DNA of 64,000 nucleotides from Minutocellus sp. GHC0000111 (GCA_977018835.1 OZ361258.1:3224001-3288000), one strand, 5' to 3'. Positions 1 to 11,701 are shown, counted from the first letter of the stretch. The notes: a model not told the origin generated them from the sequence alone. Translations and numbers: made by a program.

Positions 1-731
1 GCCGATTCAATTGTTCAGCCAACCACCCGCGGTGGGGATAAAGGGGGTAATTTTTGTGTGAGTTGAAGAAATAAACACAAGACACAAAAGAAAACACGCG
101 ACAGCCGCTTTGCCGATAGCCCCGAGGAATTATTTCCCCACAAAGCAATCTCTGTTGAAAAATACGAGCGGTCCCCAATTTGATGAACCTCCTTGGACCG
201 ACAAACGCCATGCCAGTATGCATGCAGCCGACCGCCGACCCTCCAGTCCCGAGGTTTCGTGCGTGCGTGCGTGTGTGTGGTCCGGAGAAACATTATGTGC
301 CGATCGTCGCGGGTTATACCACCAGCACATATTTCGTCCGGTCTTGCATGCGCCAATTGATCTGCAAAGGTATCCTCGCCATCCATTCACCGGTCGCCTG
401 ATCAGCCGACGCCACGTTCATTCGTTCGGTACCTCCTCACCTTGCTTGTCCGTTTTATGTTTTGCTTGCTTGCCCGGTCTTTTCGGCTTGCGTTGCTTTG
501 ACTTGCCTAACCTCCGCGTGGCGACAAATTCCTTACCCCGAAAACTAGACAAACGCAACAAAGAGATCTTACACCAGAAACGGTCGACAGACAGGCCACT
601 TTTGCCCGCCATCGAAATCAGCACGCACATCTCACATCCCAGCCAAAGGAGAAGAGGTCGGCCCAAGGCATAAAGCAGATCTCCATCGCGTCTCCACCCT
701 CTGATCAGCCCAAACATATAGCAAACACATC

Positions 732-1631
732 ATGGAGGAGGAAAAGGCCCAACGGCTGCACGACACCCTGGCCAAGCTCCGCAAGGGCAACGGTTTGGGC
801 ACTTCCTCCCACTTCAATTTCGGTGGACCGTCGGCGGATGGTCCCATCGTCACCAAGAAGGATGCCAATGGCAATTTGGTGAGGGAAGATGGTCTGCCGA
901 TGAACGGGCTGTATTCCAACTTTGTGCGCGAGGGTGCTGCCTACGATCCGAAAAAGAGTGCGCAGCTCAAGTATGGCGACGGACGGGCCATCAAGCGCAA
1001 CTTTGACGATTGCAAGGGTGGAAGCGATAGTGATAGCAGCGATAGTGATTCGGACTCCTCGTCGTCGAGTAGCAGCAGCAGCAGCAACGATAGCAACGCC
1101 AAGAAAAAGATGAAGTCGCAAAAGAAGAAGGACAAGAAGGCCATCAAGGCGGCGAAAAAGGCGGAGAAGAAGGCCGCCAAGTTGGAAGCCAAGCGTCAGG
1201 CCAAGTTGGCCAAGAAGAAGGCCGAGAAGCTCGAGAAGAAACGGCAGGCCAAGCGGCTGTCCATGGAGACTAATGATGATAGCAGTGATGATGGTGGCGA
1301 CGACAAGACCAAAGAGAAGGCGGCGGTGAAGAAGAATAAAAAGGACAAGAAGCAAAAGAAGAACAAGCGCAAGCGCGAATCGAGCGATGATGAGGAAAAG
1401 TCTCATGAGAATTCAAATGGCAAGGATACTGCCGGCGGTGATAAGACGAAGAAATCAAGCAAGAAGACCACAGTTGTTGAAGAGGAGGGCGGGAAGAGCA
1501 CGATATCGTCCGATCCGTCGTCTCCGCCTCCCAGCAAGCGCCGAAAGAGGAACAAGGATGTGGAGGAGGATGGCGATAAGAAAAAGAAAAGCAAGAAGGA
1601 GAAAAAGGCCAGCAAGAAATCGAAAAAGTAA
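732..1631 (+). CDS. Lys/Ser/Asp-rich low-complexity protein, possibly nucleolar
   Basis: 299-aa ORF with ATG, poly-Ser/Asp tract and many KK/KKE runs; a short ordered N-terminal segment (GLYSNFVREG); no family recognised. Confidence 0.7.
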   Translation: MEEEKAQRLHDTLAKLRKGNGLGTSSHFNFGGPSADGPIVTKKDANGNLVREDGLPMNGLYSNFVREGAAYDPKKSAQLKYGDGRAIKRNFDDCKGGSDSDSSDSDSDSSSSSSSSSSNDSNAKKKMKSQKKKDKKAIKAAKKAEKKAAKLEAKRQAKLAKKKAEKLEKKRQAKRLSMETNDDSSDDGGDDKTKEKAAVKKNKKDKKQKKNKRKRESSDDEEKSHENSNGKDTAGGDKTKKSSKKTTVVEEEGGKSTISSDPSSPPPSKRRKRNKDVEEDGDKKKKSKKEKKASKKSKK

Positions 1632-2274
1632 TGAGATGCCGATCATTGGTATGGATGCGCAGCTTACATACATCGATGATTTCTTCGAAGAAGCGCTTAC
1701 TGCCTATTGGAGTTTTGTCTACACGCATGTACAAACATGCAAAGAGAAAGCTGGCAGGCGAACACACACATACCGTACATGCACGTAGGATTCCTCTTTT
1801 GCCGCTCTGCTAACTTCGGACACTCTTATGCGATACCCTCCTATTGCCGATAAGTTTGCTGATTTGTAACATATTTAATTTAGTTTTCCACATACCGGTA
1901 GAATTGATAGAAATTACAATCATCCCCGCGTGTTGAGTCGAAATTTATCAGTACATGTAGATCTCTACCGCATACCTGTGTAACACTACGAAAGTACTTA
2001 GTCAAGACTGATACCTCAATGGTAGTGGTGCAGGAGTCGTAGATAGATGTCTACATAGCTAGATCTACTTTGTGCGCTTGTCGGGGGTGAATATGCGGGG
2101 AGGACAGCAACATGCACATACCGGTATGGTGATGAATAAAAATGATGGTGCAGCAACATATATCCTGCATGTACCGAAAGCAAGCAACACAATTAAAATG
2201 TCACAAGTATTAATATGAATGCATGTACCGGTACATTTGCTCAGCGAAAGTAAATACACATGTATGTGCATGCA

Positions 2275-3180
2275 CTAAATCAACAGAGGCACCACCAGCA
2301 CCACAACCAAAGGAAGGAATAAGGACTGCTGGAGAGCGAACGATCCAAAGCGCCAGTGCCAGAATGCAAAGGTATCCGGGCCAATACCATTGCCATTGGC
2401 AACGCTCGTCGTCGTCGTCTCCTCTGCCTCTATGGTGTTGCATGAGTCGTCAAACTCACAATGCGGAGTGCTGTTGACGTGGCGGCAAAGGTCGGTCGGG
2501 ACAATCTCGAAGTAGGCCTTGTTGAAGTCCTCGCAGCTCATGGGCCCGTCCTGGTTCCTCACGCGCAAAACGACGAGGGCTTCGGCGAGCTCGACAATAT
2601 TGGGCATCGCCTCGTAGACGTCCAGGTTGTCGTCTCCGTCGTCGTCGACGCAGTATTTCTCCGCCAAGCGGCGCCCCCGCTCCTCCTGAGTCATGCCGAA
2701 TATCCACTCGTTGTAGTCGGCGCATGGCTCGTCGTAATCGGCCTGCTGCTGCTCCTGCTCCTGCTCCTCCACTTCGTCTTCCTGCACTTCCATCTCTTGG
2801 TCCAGTTCCAGCTCCAGTTCCAGCTCCAGCTCCAGCTCTAGCTCTCGCCTACTAGCGGGGCAGTTTCCCTTCGGCGGATAGCAAGGGTCGCAATTGCAGC
2901 CAAAAACATTGCAGTAGCATTCGCCGGGGCAGTCCACCCACTCGCCTAAACGCCTGTCGCCCTTGCCCAATACCCCGCTTCCCCAATATCCCGTTTCGCA
3001 ACTGCTGTCGTCACCGTCTATGTACCAGCATGATTTGTCGCCATTGTAAGTGCTGCAAACATCTCCGCACTGGCACGTTCCGCGCACAGGCCGGGGCCCG
3101 AAGAAGGCCAGCGCAAGAAGGATCTTCGGAAGGAGAACGATCCGGGGCGGCAACGGAAGCGGGAGTGGGAGCTGCGGCAT
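2275..3180 (-). CDS. Secreted/anchored Cys-rich protein with Diedel-like CNVFGCNCD motif
   Basis: Hydrophobic signal-like N-terminus (IVLLPKILLALAFFG); Cys-rich domain ending CYCNVFGCNCDPC; RRELELEL linker; acidic tract; hydrophobic C-terminal tail. ATG at 3180 preferred over ORF start 3204. Confidence 0.7.
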   Translation of the reverse strand: MPQLPLPLPLPPRIVLLPKILLALAFFGPRPVRGTCQCGDVCSTYNGDKSCWYIDGDDSSCETGYWGSGVLGKGDRRLGEWVDCPGECYCNVFGCNCDPCYPPKGNCPASRRELELELELELELELDQEMEVQEDEVEEQEQEQQQADYDEPCADYNEWIFGMTQEERGRRLAEKYCVDDDGDDNLDVYEAMPNIVELAEALVVLRVRNQDGPMSCEDFNKAYFEIVPTDLCRHVNSTPHCEFDDSCNTIEAEETTTTSVANGNGIGPDTFAFWHWRFGSFALQQSLFLPLVVVLVVPLLI

Positions 3181-4126
3181 GGTTTGTTTTACATGTATGT
3201 ACAAGCCAAGTACTTACTTACTCGCATGGTCGAGAAAGAACAATCGTAAAGTTAAAGCAGACCTCCGATCAAGAGGAAAACGTGCAGGTGCACATTAAAA
3301 AGGGCGGTGATTCCGCTGTGAATGCTCTCGAGAGGGCTGACACTGGGTGCAATCAAGGATATTGATCCAAGAAGGGTGGGAACATGTCATGCAAAAGATC
3401 TTTGCAAATTTGCAAAAGTCAGATCTTTGCTTTGACACTGCTACGTACACTGACTGCGCCGCCTCGCTCGTTGATGTCTTCTACGCCGTACCTACGAGGT
3501 CGCGGACAGCAGTTTCAGGGACCCGGTTTTCGGGTCTTTGGGCAAAATCTCATAAAAATCAGCACAAACGCACGCAGCAAGCAGCACTCATTTGCTGTCG
3601 TCCTGTCTTCAAGATGGCGGTGACGGCAGTGCCGACGGCATCCGCTTCACGCAAGGGATAAGCGTGGTATCTCCAGAACGGGTTGGTCCTTGACCTTGGA
3701 CCGACTCGGAGATATCGATTTCATCTTCCCATGCCAGCGTCTGGCCGATTCACCCCATCCATCGCCCCTCCCGACTGCTTCTGCCAGTTTTTCCGATGAC
3801 AACCAGTCACCTCCTCCACCTCCCGACCCCACCACCACCTCCCAAATGCATTGATTCAAGTAGCCACATGGTTTGAGCTCCGATATCGGTCTCCATGGTC
3901 CCCATAATGGCGTATCTTATGCGGTCCGGGTGACCCCGCGCCAAAATCGAGCGGGCCAAAAAATCATCACCCGCCCGGCGCGCCCGCCACTCAATGAAAC
4001 CTTCCTCATTTCCAACCCACCCGACATACAAACTGTTGCTCTACTGCCACAAAATACTGCATCCAACACCATGTTAATGCAAATGGCTGTCACTGCTGCT
4101 GCTGCCACCGCAGCTGATGCGCCAGC

Positions 4127-7018
4127 ATGATGATGTCGCCCCGCTCCCGTCGGTCCGGCAGCTCCATCCCATGCTTTGATTGTTTTGTCCATCGGAGCGG
4201 CACCATCGATGCCTCTGCGATTCGTGGCAAGTCTCCTGGGATGATCCAGACCACCACAGCGAACCGGGCATGGGCGGGCCTCTCACTACAGAAACAGCAG
4301 GATGTTGTGGAGCAAGCCCGAGAGGAGGAGCTGTGCTGTCCGAGCCAGACCGGTCCTGATCCGGCACAAGATGTGCCGATTTCTCAAATTCAAATTGCTC
4401 GGCGCAATTCGTCATCCAATAACGCCGATGCCAGCCCTGAGCCGACGGTCGAGGACAATGCTGGTGTCGCTGCTCGTCCTGGTGATGACAATGTCGAAGC
4501 TGGGGGCATCGCCGAGTCCATGGCTAACAGTGAAGAATCTGGCAATCCTGCCAGTGTCGGTGTTTCTGCTACCGGCACCGCCAATTCTGGTGGATCGACC
4601 GAGGAGAATTTGGATGTGCTGCTGTTGAGGCCGAAGCGCAACACAAAGCTGCAGAGGAGGCTTTGAAAGGGCTAAGGGATGCCTTGAAACGAGAAAAGCG
4701 GAAGGATGAAAAGGCCATGGTCGATGCCGAGAAGAAAAGGAACAAAATGAAGGAGGCGATGCGTCATTTGGAGCAGAGGGCACAAATGAGTGAACATCTT
4801 CGGTCGCACAGGATGCCGACGGATGCACCACCCGAACGCAAGAAAGCAATGAGAATGGAAGACAACATGCGACCTGCCATCAGCATTGGGGAACATGTCC
4901 TTGTGTCTGCCGACTTCAGTCCCAACATGAATCGGCCTGAGGGCAAGGGATTTGTTGTGGTCAGTCGAGGTGTCGGTGGAGGCACTCTTTGCGATGTCCA
5001 GCATGAGAAGCCTTTTGGTGGCATGATGCATGAGAATGTGCCTCTCAAGGCCATCACCCCGATCCCACTCGGCCTCAACACCGATTCAATTGCCAAGGAC
5101 AGGCGCAAACGGACAGCAGCTGCTCAGGCGGGGATGGATAGCAGTGTTGACAGCGCCGGTGCCAACAAGCGCAAAGAGCGATGGCAGTCCGATGGAGACT
5201 CTTGTCGGAAAGCTTTTGCATGGCATGCGACACAGGAAGAAGGATGGATATCTTCGAAAGGAGGCGAATCGAGCAACCAAAGGCAAGAAGGGATTGAACG
5301 ACGAGGACAAGAGCATGCTTTTTGCCCAGGGGTTGCTTGCTTCTGGAAGTGCATTTGAAGAGCACCGGAGGGACGCAGCACTCAAGTAGGAACAGTTCAT
5401 CGCACAAGTTTCAGTCGGATGGGAGGGTCACTATTCGTGAGCTCTGCAGAGCGTGGGGGAAGGGTAAGAATGGGCTGCGAGACATCCAGAACGAGTCTCG
5501 GAAGAATGCCATTGCCCGGGGCACACCAGCAGATCAGGCCGAGCTTGCATTTGTCACCCCCGCTCCCAAGGATTCGTCGGTTCGGCCAAAGTCTACCATT
5601 GACAATTACAAGACGGCTGAGCAGTGCTTTACTGCTAAGCGCCTGTATGCAATCAATAAGTGCAGAGAGGCAAAGGAAGACTGCTATGATTCTGCATCGA
5701 AGGAGGCTGACAATGAGTTGCTCAAAACGCACCTGACCGAGCACGACACCATCAGCGACGATGACAAGCAGCTGTGGGAGCTGAAGAGGCGGGAGCACTT
5801 GGCAAGGCAGCCGTACCTAGGCACATACAGAACGACATTGTTGCGGCCCTTTCCAGCAATCCTCAGCGATCGTTCCGTGGTTTGGAGCAGGACATTGGTC
5901 TGTGGTGCTCGCACAAGACGATTGAGCGGTGGCTCAAGTCATTCGACACCTTCACTTTCTACAAGGAGCGGCTGGTACCGCGCCTGTCGGAGGCTCAAAA
6001 AGCTAAGCGTCTGGCCTTTGCTCAGCTCATGCGGAATTTCTGGAACATTCGGGATGAGAACGGCAATTTACCGAATGGAAAGAAGCGAGTTCTCCTCGTG
6101 CATTACGATGAGAAATGGTTCTGGGGTCTCGTCCTCCGAGCTTTTGCGAAGGCTTGCGAGGAAATCGGCGTGAAAAAGCGAGATTACGCGGCCTTTCACA
6201 GGAGCCACATCAACAAGGTCATGGCCATTGCATTTGTTGCCGCTGTCTTTGACGGTTCTCTTGAGAGTGGGTGCGAGGTTGTAAAACTGCCACTGGTACG
6301 AGCTCAAGCTCCTAAAATAGCGGAGCGAGCTCAGTACGAAGCAGTATCACAGCCTGATGGTTCAATACGGTACCCAAATACCAACCCCGATGGGACACCA
6401 AAGGAACCTCTTCGCCGGAAAGGAGAGTCGTTTCTTGTTGATTGTTGCGTTACTGGATCGAACGAAGGCACCAAAAAGGATCCGAAATGCTCTTTGCTCC
6501 TCGTATTCAAGGAGACTATTTTCCCAGCGATTCTCAACCTTGTCGGTCCGGGCAAGCAATACGAAGATTGCCATGTTATTATCCAGGGCGACCAGGCCGG
6601 GCCTCACGAGGACGGAACCTTCACGCAATTTGTTACTAACTTCTGTGCTGAGCAAGGCTGGACGTGGCAGCCACAGGCACCGCAGATGCCTCACGCCAAC
6701 GTCCTTGACTTGAGCGTGTTCCCCGCGATGAGCCGGCGGCACTCGGAATGGGCACGAAAAATGGTAGGCACCTCCGTCATTTCCACCGACCAGATCTGGG
6801 ACACTGCCGAGGACGTTTACGATAGCATGCCTAACTGCAAAATTGCTTCGGCCTTCATTCAGTACTGGAGGATAATGGGCCTGGTGATTAAGGCCGGTGG
6901 TAGCAATGAGTTTGTTGGAAGGTTGGGTGACGAAAACTTGCACACTGGAATTAGGATCGACTTCAACGAAACGGCCAAGGGGATGGAGCCCTCAGCTCGT
7001 CATCCTTCTAATAAATAG
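4127..7018 (+). pseudogene. Mariner-like DD38D transposase with long N-terminal extension, frameshifted
   Basis: Catalytic motifs VHYDEKWFW, IIQGDQAGPH and QAPQMPHANVLDLSVF resemble plant-type mariner HIDEKWF / QQDNAxPH / QPPNSPDLNVLDL; 38 residues between 2nd and 3rd Asp by my count. Upstream overlapping ORFs join through frameshifts near 4664, 5176, 5331 and 5816. Confidence 0.88.
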
Positions 7019-7113
7019 ATAGTATTAATATCTTTACACATGTATTAAATAAATATTACACGTCTACAAATTATTTATAGATCTACATGTAAGATGCAGC
7101 AGCATTGGTTTGT

Positions 7114-8252
7114 TTATATCACGGTGGGCTTCTTTGTTCTTCTATTTCTACCGGTATTCTTTTTTGCCTCCTTGGCCTTCTTATGATCATTAGAAAGCCA
7201 CACAGCGTGGAGGGACTGACGAATCTTTCCGCGCTTCACACCATATGCATCGGCAAGTTTATTGTCAGTGAGGGCAGGGTGAGCAGTTGGTTGTTTACTC
7301 CCATCCTCATATCCCAACTTATATGCATCTAATGCAATCTTGTCAGTAGATAATGCAATAGAGAATTCTATTGTCTTGTTATCATACAATCCGAGTTCTC
7401 TGCTTCTCCACCCTTTCGGGTAGGCACCACGACCCTCTCTTACTTGGCGATCGACTTCGATCATGCCTAGCACTGTGGTGACCGCGACCTCGCTACCCCA
7501 ACCAGGAACTTGTTTGAAGGGGAGGTAGACCCCTTTCTCTTTTCTTCTTGGTTCGGGCCTCTGACTACATGTGGGTGACTTGTAGTTCTTTATATCTTGT
7601 GGTAGTGGTGCTTCTCCGTACGTCAAAAAGCACGCAAGCCTCCGATGTTCCTCAACCTCTCGTTCAATCTGTCGTTCGGTTGGTTCGGTTGGAGGCAAGG
7701 GCTCCAAGATGGTAGGGGATGACAATTGAAGGTTGCTGAACGACGGGCATGAGCGGCTTGGGGTAAGAGCATACTGAGTATGAACTGACATTGGACTTGT
7801 TACCATGGGCGTGGCGGAGGGAAGGTCGAATGAGCTCACGGGCTTTCTCCTCTCGCCGCTTGGCTTTGCGTCGGCGGTTGCTATGCTCATCTCTGAGAAT
7901 GAATCATCTTCATCAGAATGAGATGAAACGGTAGCGGTACCGCGAAAGTCGGCACGCAATATGTCATGATGCAAGTACTTCCTTGCTTGGGCTTGTTCGG
8001 CGGCGAAGCCATCCTCTTCGTTGTATACTCGCGTCGATATTTCAACACACGAGGAGATGTGAGGTCTGACGATGCCGGTGGGACCCCTTGGTTGTCCTCC
8101 TCGTCATCGTTGTCCTTGTTCTCTCGATACCGCGGATGTTCCGGCGTTTCGTTGGAAGTTTCCTTCTCATGGCGCGAGGGGCTGAATGCAGTCGCCTCGG
8201 CGCGTTTCGGTGGACGCGGTGGACTGAAGATGTGTCCCTTTGGAGTATCCAT
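7114..8252 (-). pseudogene. Second, convergent ORF inside the transposon (unknown function), one frameshift near 7980
   Basis: ORF 7887..8408 (ATG at 8252, MDTPKG...) overlaps ORF 7114..7974 (286 aa, ordered basic C-terminal half); both lie between the TIRs and end in a shared AT-rich 3' spacer 7019-7113. Confidence 0.6.
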
Positions 8253-8733
8253 GAGTATGGAAGCTTCTTGAAGCGCCAGTCGGCAGAAGTTGCCCAGTCT
8301 ATTTGTGGTAATTGCTTGGAGGTCGGTTGTTGACGGATGTGTTTTGATTTGCTTGCTTTGCCGCGTGTTTTTCAAGGTGCGCGCAAACCGCCGTGTCGGA
8401 AAGTCCAAAGACCCAAAAAACCGGGTCCCCGAAATTGCTGTCCCGGACCTCGTAGGTACCTAGGCTAGGTACCTTTACTGTGCGTAGCTAGCCGAGGTGT
8501 CTTGAGAGCTTCAAGTTTCGATGTTGCGACATTGATTTCATTTTCAGGACATTGGTATTCTCGTCAAATCATTCGAACCAAACGAAAGTGATGCAGCCAT
8601 GCAGCCAACCATGATCGGCCATTCCTTCGGCTCTGGCCCTTCCGCGCTCACAGGCCAGGCCGTGCGTGGCTGTTCCCCTGCACTTCTGCGACAACACTTG
8701 CGTCACCGAGCTCAGTATATATACGCAGTAAGA

Positions 8734-11606
8734 ATGGTCGACGGTCAGCCACCCCACAGCGGCGGCGGCGGACAGCGCCGAAGCAACAAGCGCGGCGGAG
8801 GAACCAACTGCAGCAGCACGAAACATGCCAGCGGAACCAGCACGGCCCCGCCGCACCGGTCCAACTTGCGCGGAGACGGCTACGGCGGCGGCGGCAACGG
8901 ATATGCCCACAAGCATCACGGCGGAGGGGGAGGGTACACCGACGACTTTAGCCTGAGCGGCGATTCCTACGACGACGAGGACGGCAGCCACGGCGGAAGT
9001 TCCGTCGACGGACCCATGCTGCGCAACCGCCGGCAGCCGGCCGGGGATCCCCTCGAGCACGTCCAATCGCACAACTACGAACCGGACGAATCCGAGATAT
9101 GGCGCGCCTACACGGCCCAGCAGCACTTTCGCAATCGAGGACAGTGGTGGACCACCGGCAAGAAACGGGCTCTCAAGAGATGGAGTCTGACCCTGCTGAT
9201 TGGGGTTATTCAGGGCATCGTGGCGTTCACGTGTAACATATGGACGCGAAATTTGAGTGCGCGCAAGTTTGATCATGTCAATGCTCTGCTGCAGGGGGAG
9301 AGCTTTGGAGGCGGAGGTGGTGGTCAAGATTTAGGAGATGGTGGCGATGCCTCGACCGACGATCTGTTTCAGGCCGATTTGGGGGATAACAACAATGGCG
9401 GAGATGAGTTTGGTGGAGATGCCTCTGATGGATCCTCCTCCTCCACAGCCGGCACTTCCGGTGGAGGTGGGTTCGCCGCCTACCTCACCTTTTTGCTGTA
9501 CCAAACTGCATTTGCGGCCATTGCCTCCCTGTTCGTGTATCTGGAACCCGTCAGTGGTGGGTCCGGTATACCCGAAATCAAATGCTTTTTGAATGGCATC
9601 GATCTGCCGAGAGTGGTCCGCGTCAAGACGTTGATTTGCAAGGTGGTCGGTGTTACCTTTTCCGTGGCGGCCGGTCTGCCTGTCGGGAAGAGGGACCGAT
9701 GGTAAGTACATTGTTGGAATGCGTGTGGTTTGGAATGTGCATACAGTTATCATATTTTTCACTGAAAAGAATATCTCATCTTTAAATATATTTTATATAA
9801 TACATTATCCACGGACAGGTCCACTCCGGTGCCGTTGTGGCGGCGGGCATCTCGCAGGGCCGGACCAACGTTTGGGGAGTCGATACGTCCTTTTCCAAAT
9901 TCAGTGACTTTCGCAACGATCGCGAAAAGCGGGACTTTGTGGCGTGCGGTGCCGCTGCCGGCGTTACCTCCGCCTTTGGTGCTCCCATTGGTGGTATCTT
10001 GTTCAGTTTGGAGGAGGGTGCCAGTTATTGGTCGACCAAATTGACGTGGAGAGCCTTCTTCTGTGCCATGATCACCCTCGGAACACTCTTTACGGTCAAG
10101 AACTTTGATTCGTGGTGGGGACAGGCCAATATGGAAAAGCTGTTTTCGTTTGGTGAATTCAACTCGCTCACAGGCGACAATGCCAACTTTAGCATCTGGG
10201 AGTTGTCGCTCTTCATCATGATTGGCTGTCTCGGTGGACTCATCGGGGCGGTGTTCAATGCCGCCGACGAGCATTTGACCATCTGGAGGATGAAGAATGT
10301 CAACTACTCAAAGGGCCGACGATTTATGGAGGTCATTTGCGTCAGCATTCTGGTGACGACCGTTTCCTTTGTCATGCCATTGGTTTGGAATCGCTGTACC
10401 GAGCTACCTTCTGACATGGCCGACTGGTCCAACCAAGAGAAGAAGCTCGTGGAGGCATTGGTGCCCTTTCAGTGCGAAGCTGGAAAGGAATACAATGAAG
10501 TGGCCAGTCTGATTTTTACGGATGCCGATACTGCCATCAAGCAACTGTTTCATTTCCGTGAGGCCGGGCAAGATGATTCATCAACCTTTTCGTCTGCGGC
10601 GCTATTCCTCTTCTTCCTTCCGTATATTGCCCTGGCTACCATCACCTACGGCGTAGCCATTCCAAGTGGTTTGTTTGTTCCGTCACTTTTGTCTGGTGCT
10701 GCATTTGGACGTCTCTTTGGTCACTTGCTTCACAAGCTCGATCATACCAGCGGGACCTTTGCCGACAGTGGAACCTATGCGTTGATGGGAGCGGCAGCGG
10801 TGTTGGGCGGTATGGCCCGAATGACTATTTCACTCACCGTCATTCTATTGGAAGCCACCGGCGATATGCAGTATGTTTTGCCTCTCATGTTTACGTTGAT
10901 GGTGGCACGATTCACAGGAAATGTCTTCAACGAAGGTCTGTACGACATTCACATCAAACTGAAGAATATTCCATTCCTGGAGCCAGAGGTACCAACAATC
11001 GCCGAGAAGCACGAAATTGTGGCAGGCCAAGTCATGAGTACCGATGTCAAGTGTTTGCGGCCTGTGGAGAGGGCCGGCGTTGTATATGATTTACTGCGAA
11101 ATTGTTCGCATGGCACCTTCCCCATCGTCGATACAGCCAGTAGTGGAACGCTGTATGGAACAGCCGCTCGGTCCATGCTGTGCACTTTACTGCAACGGCG
11201 AGCATTTGGTCCACCAGATGCCTTGTCGGATTATGACGAGGGTGGCGGCTGTGATAGCCTTGGACCGCGCCGGTTAAGCCCGTTGGTTCAGTGGGATACC
11301 ATTGAGCGTGTCTATCCGAGATATCCAACGATTGACGATGTTGACATGCGAGCTGGAGATCGGAATTGTTGGTTGGACCTTCGACCATATGCAAACACAG
11401 CACCCTACACCGTCAACGAAACAGCTTCTATTCAGAGAACATATCGGTTGTTCCGCACACTTGGCTTGCGATTTCTGTGCGTCGTCAATCACCACAATCA
11501 GGTCGTTGGCATCATCACCCGCAAAGATTTATTACCCGAGTCGTTGTCAGACAGCCTCATGCGTGGGCGAAATGCTCACATGAATACAACCTACGGTTTC
11601 GATTAG
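8734..11606 (+). CDS. CLC: CLC family Cl-/H+ antiporter (CLC-6/7-like) with two CBS domains
   Basis: Motifs GSGIPE, GKEGPM, LFSLEE, PSGLFVP, EGLYD and C-terminal CBS pair. Intron 9702..9818 (GTAAGT..CAG). GKEGP requires a one-base frameshift correction at ~9690. Confidence 0.93.
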
Positions 11607-11701
11607 ATTGATATAACTTGAATGCACATACATAGTAAGAAAACTAAGCACGCAACTTTCATATTAGATGCAATGCGGTTTTATTCACTATTTTATATAC
11701 T

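Larger units (their letters stand above)
3495..8452 (+). mobile_element. IS630-Tc1-mariner superfamily DNA transposon (~4.96 kb), degenerate, two convergent coding regions
   Basis: Imperfect ~47-bp TIRs (left cgaggtcgcggacagcagtttcagggacccggttttcgggtctttgg; right end reverse-complements to cgaggtccgggacagcaatttcggggacccggttttttgggtctttgg); flanked by TA (3493-3494, 8453-8454); internal DDD transposase. Confidence 0.92.
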
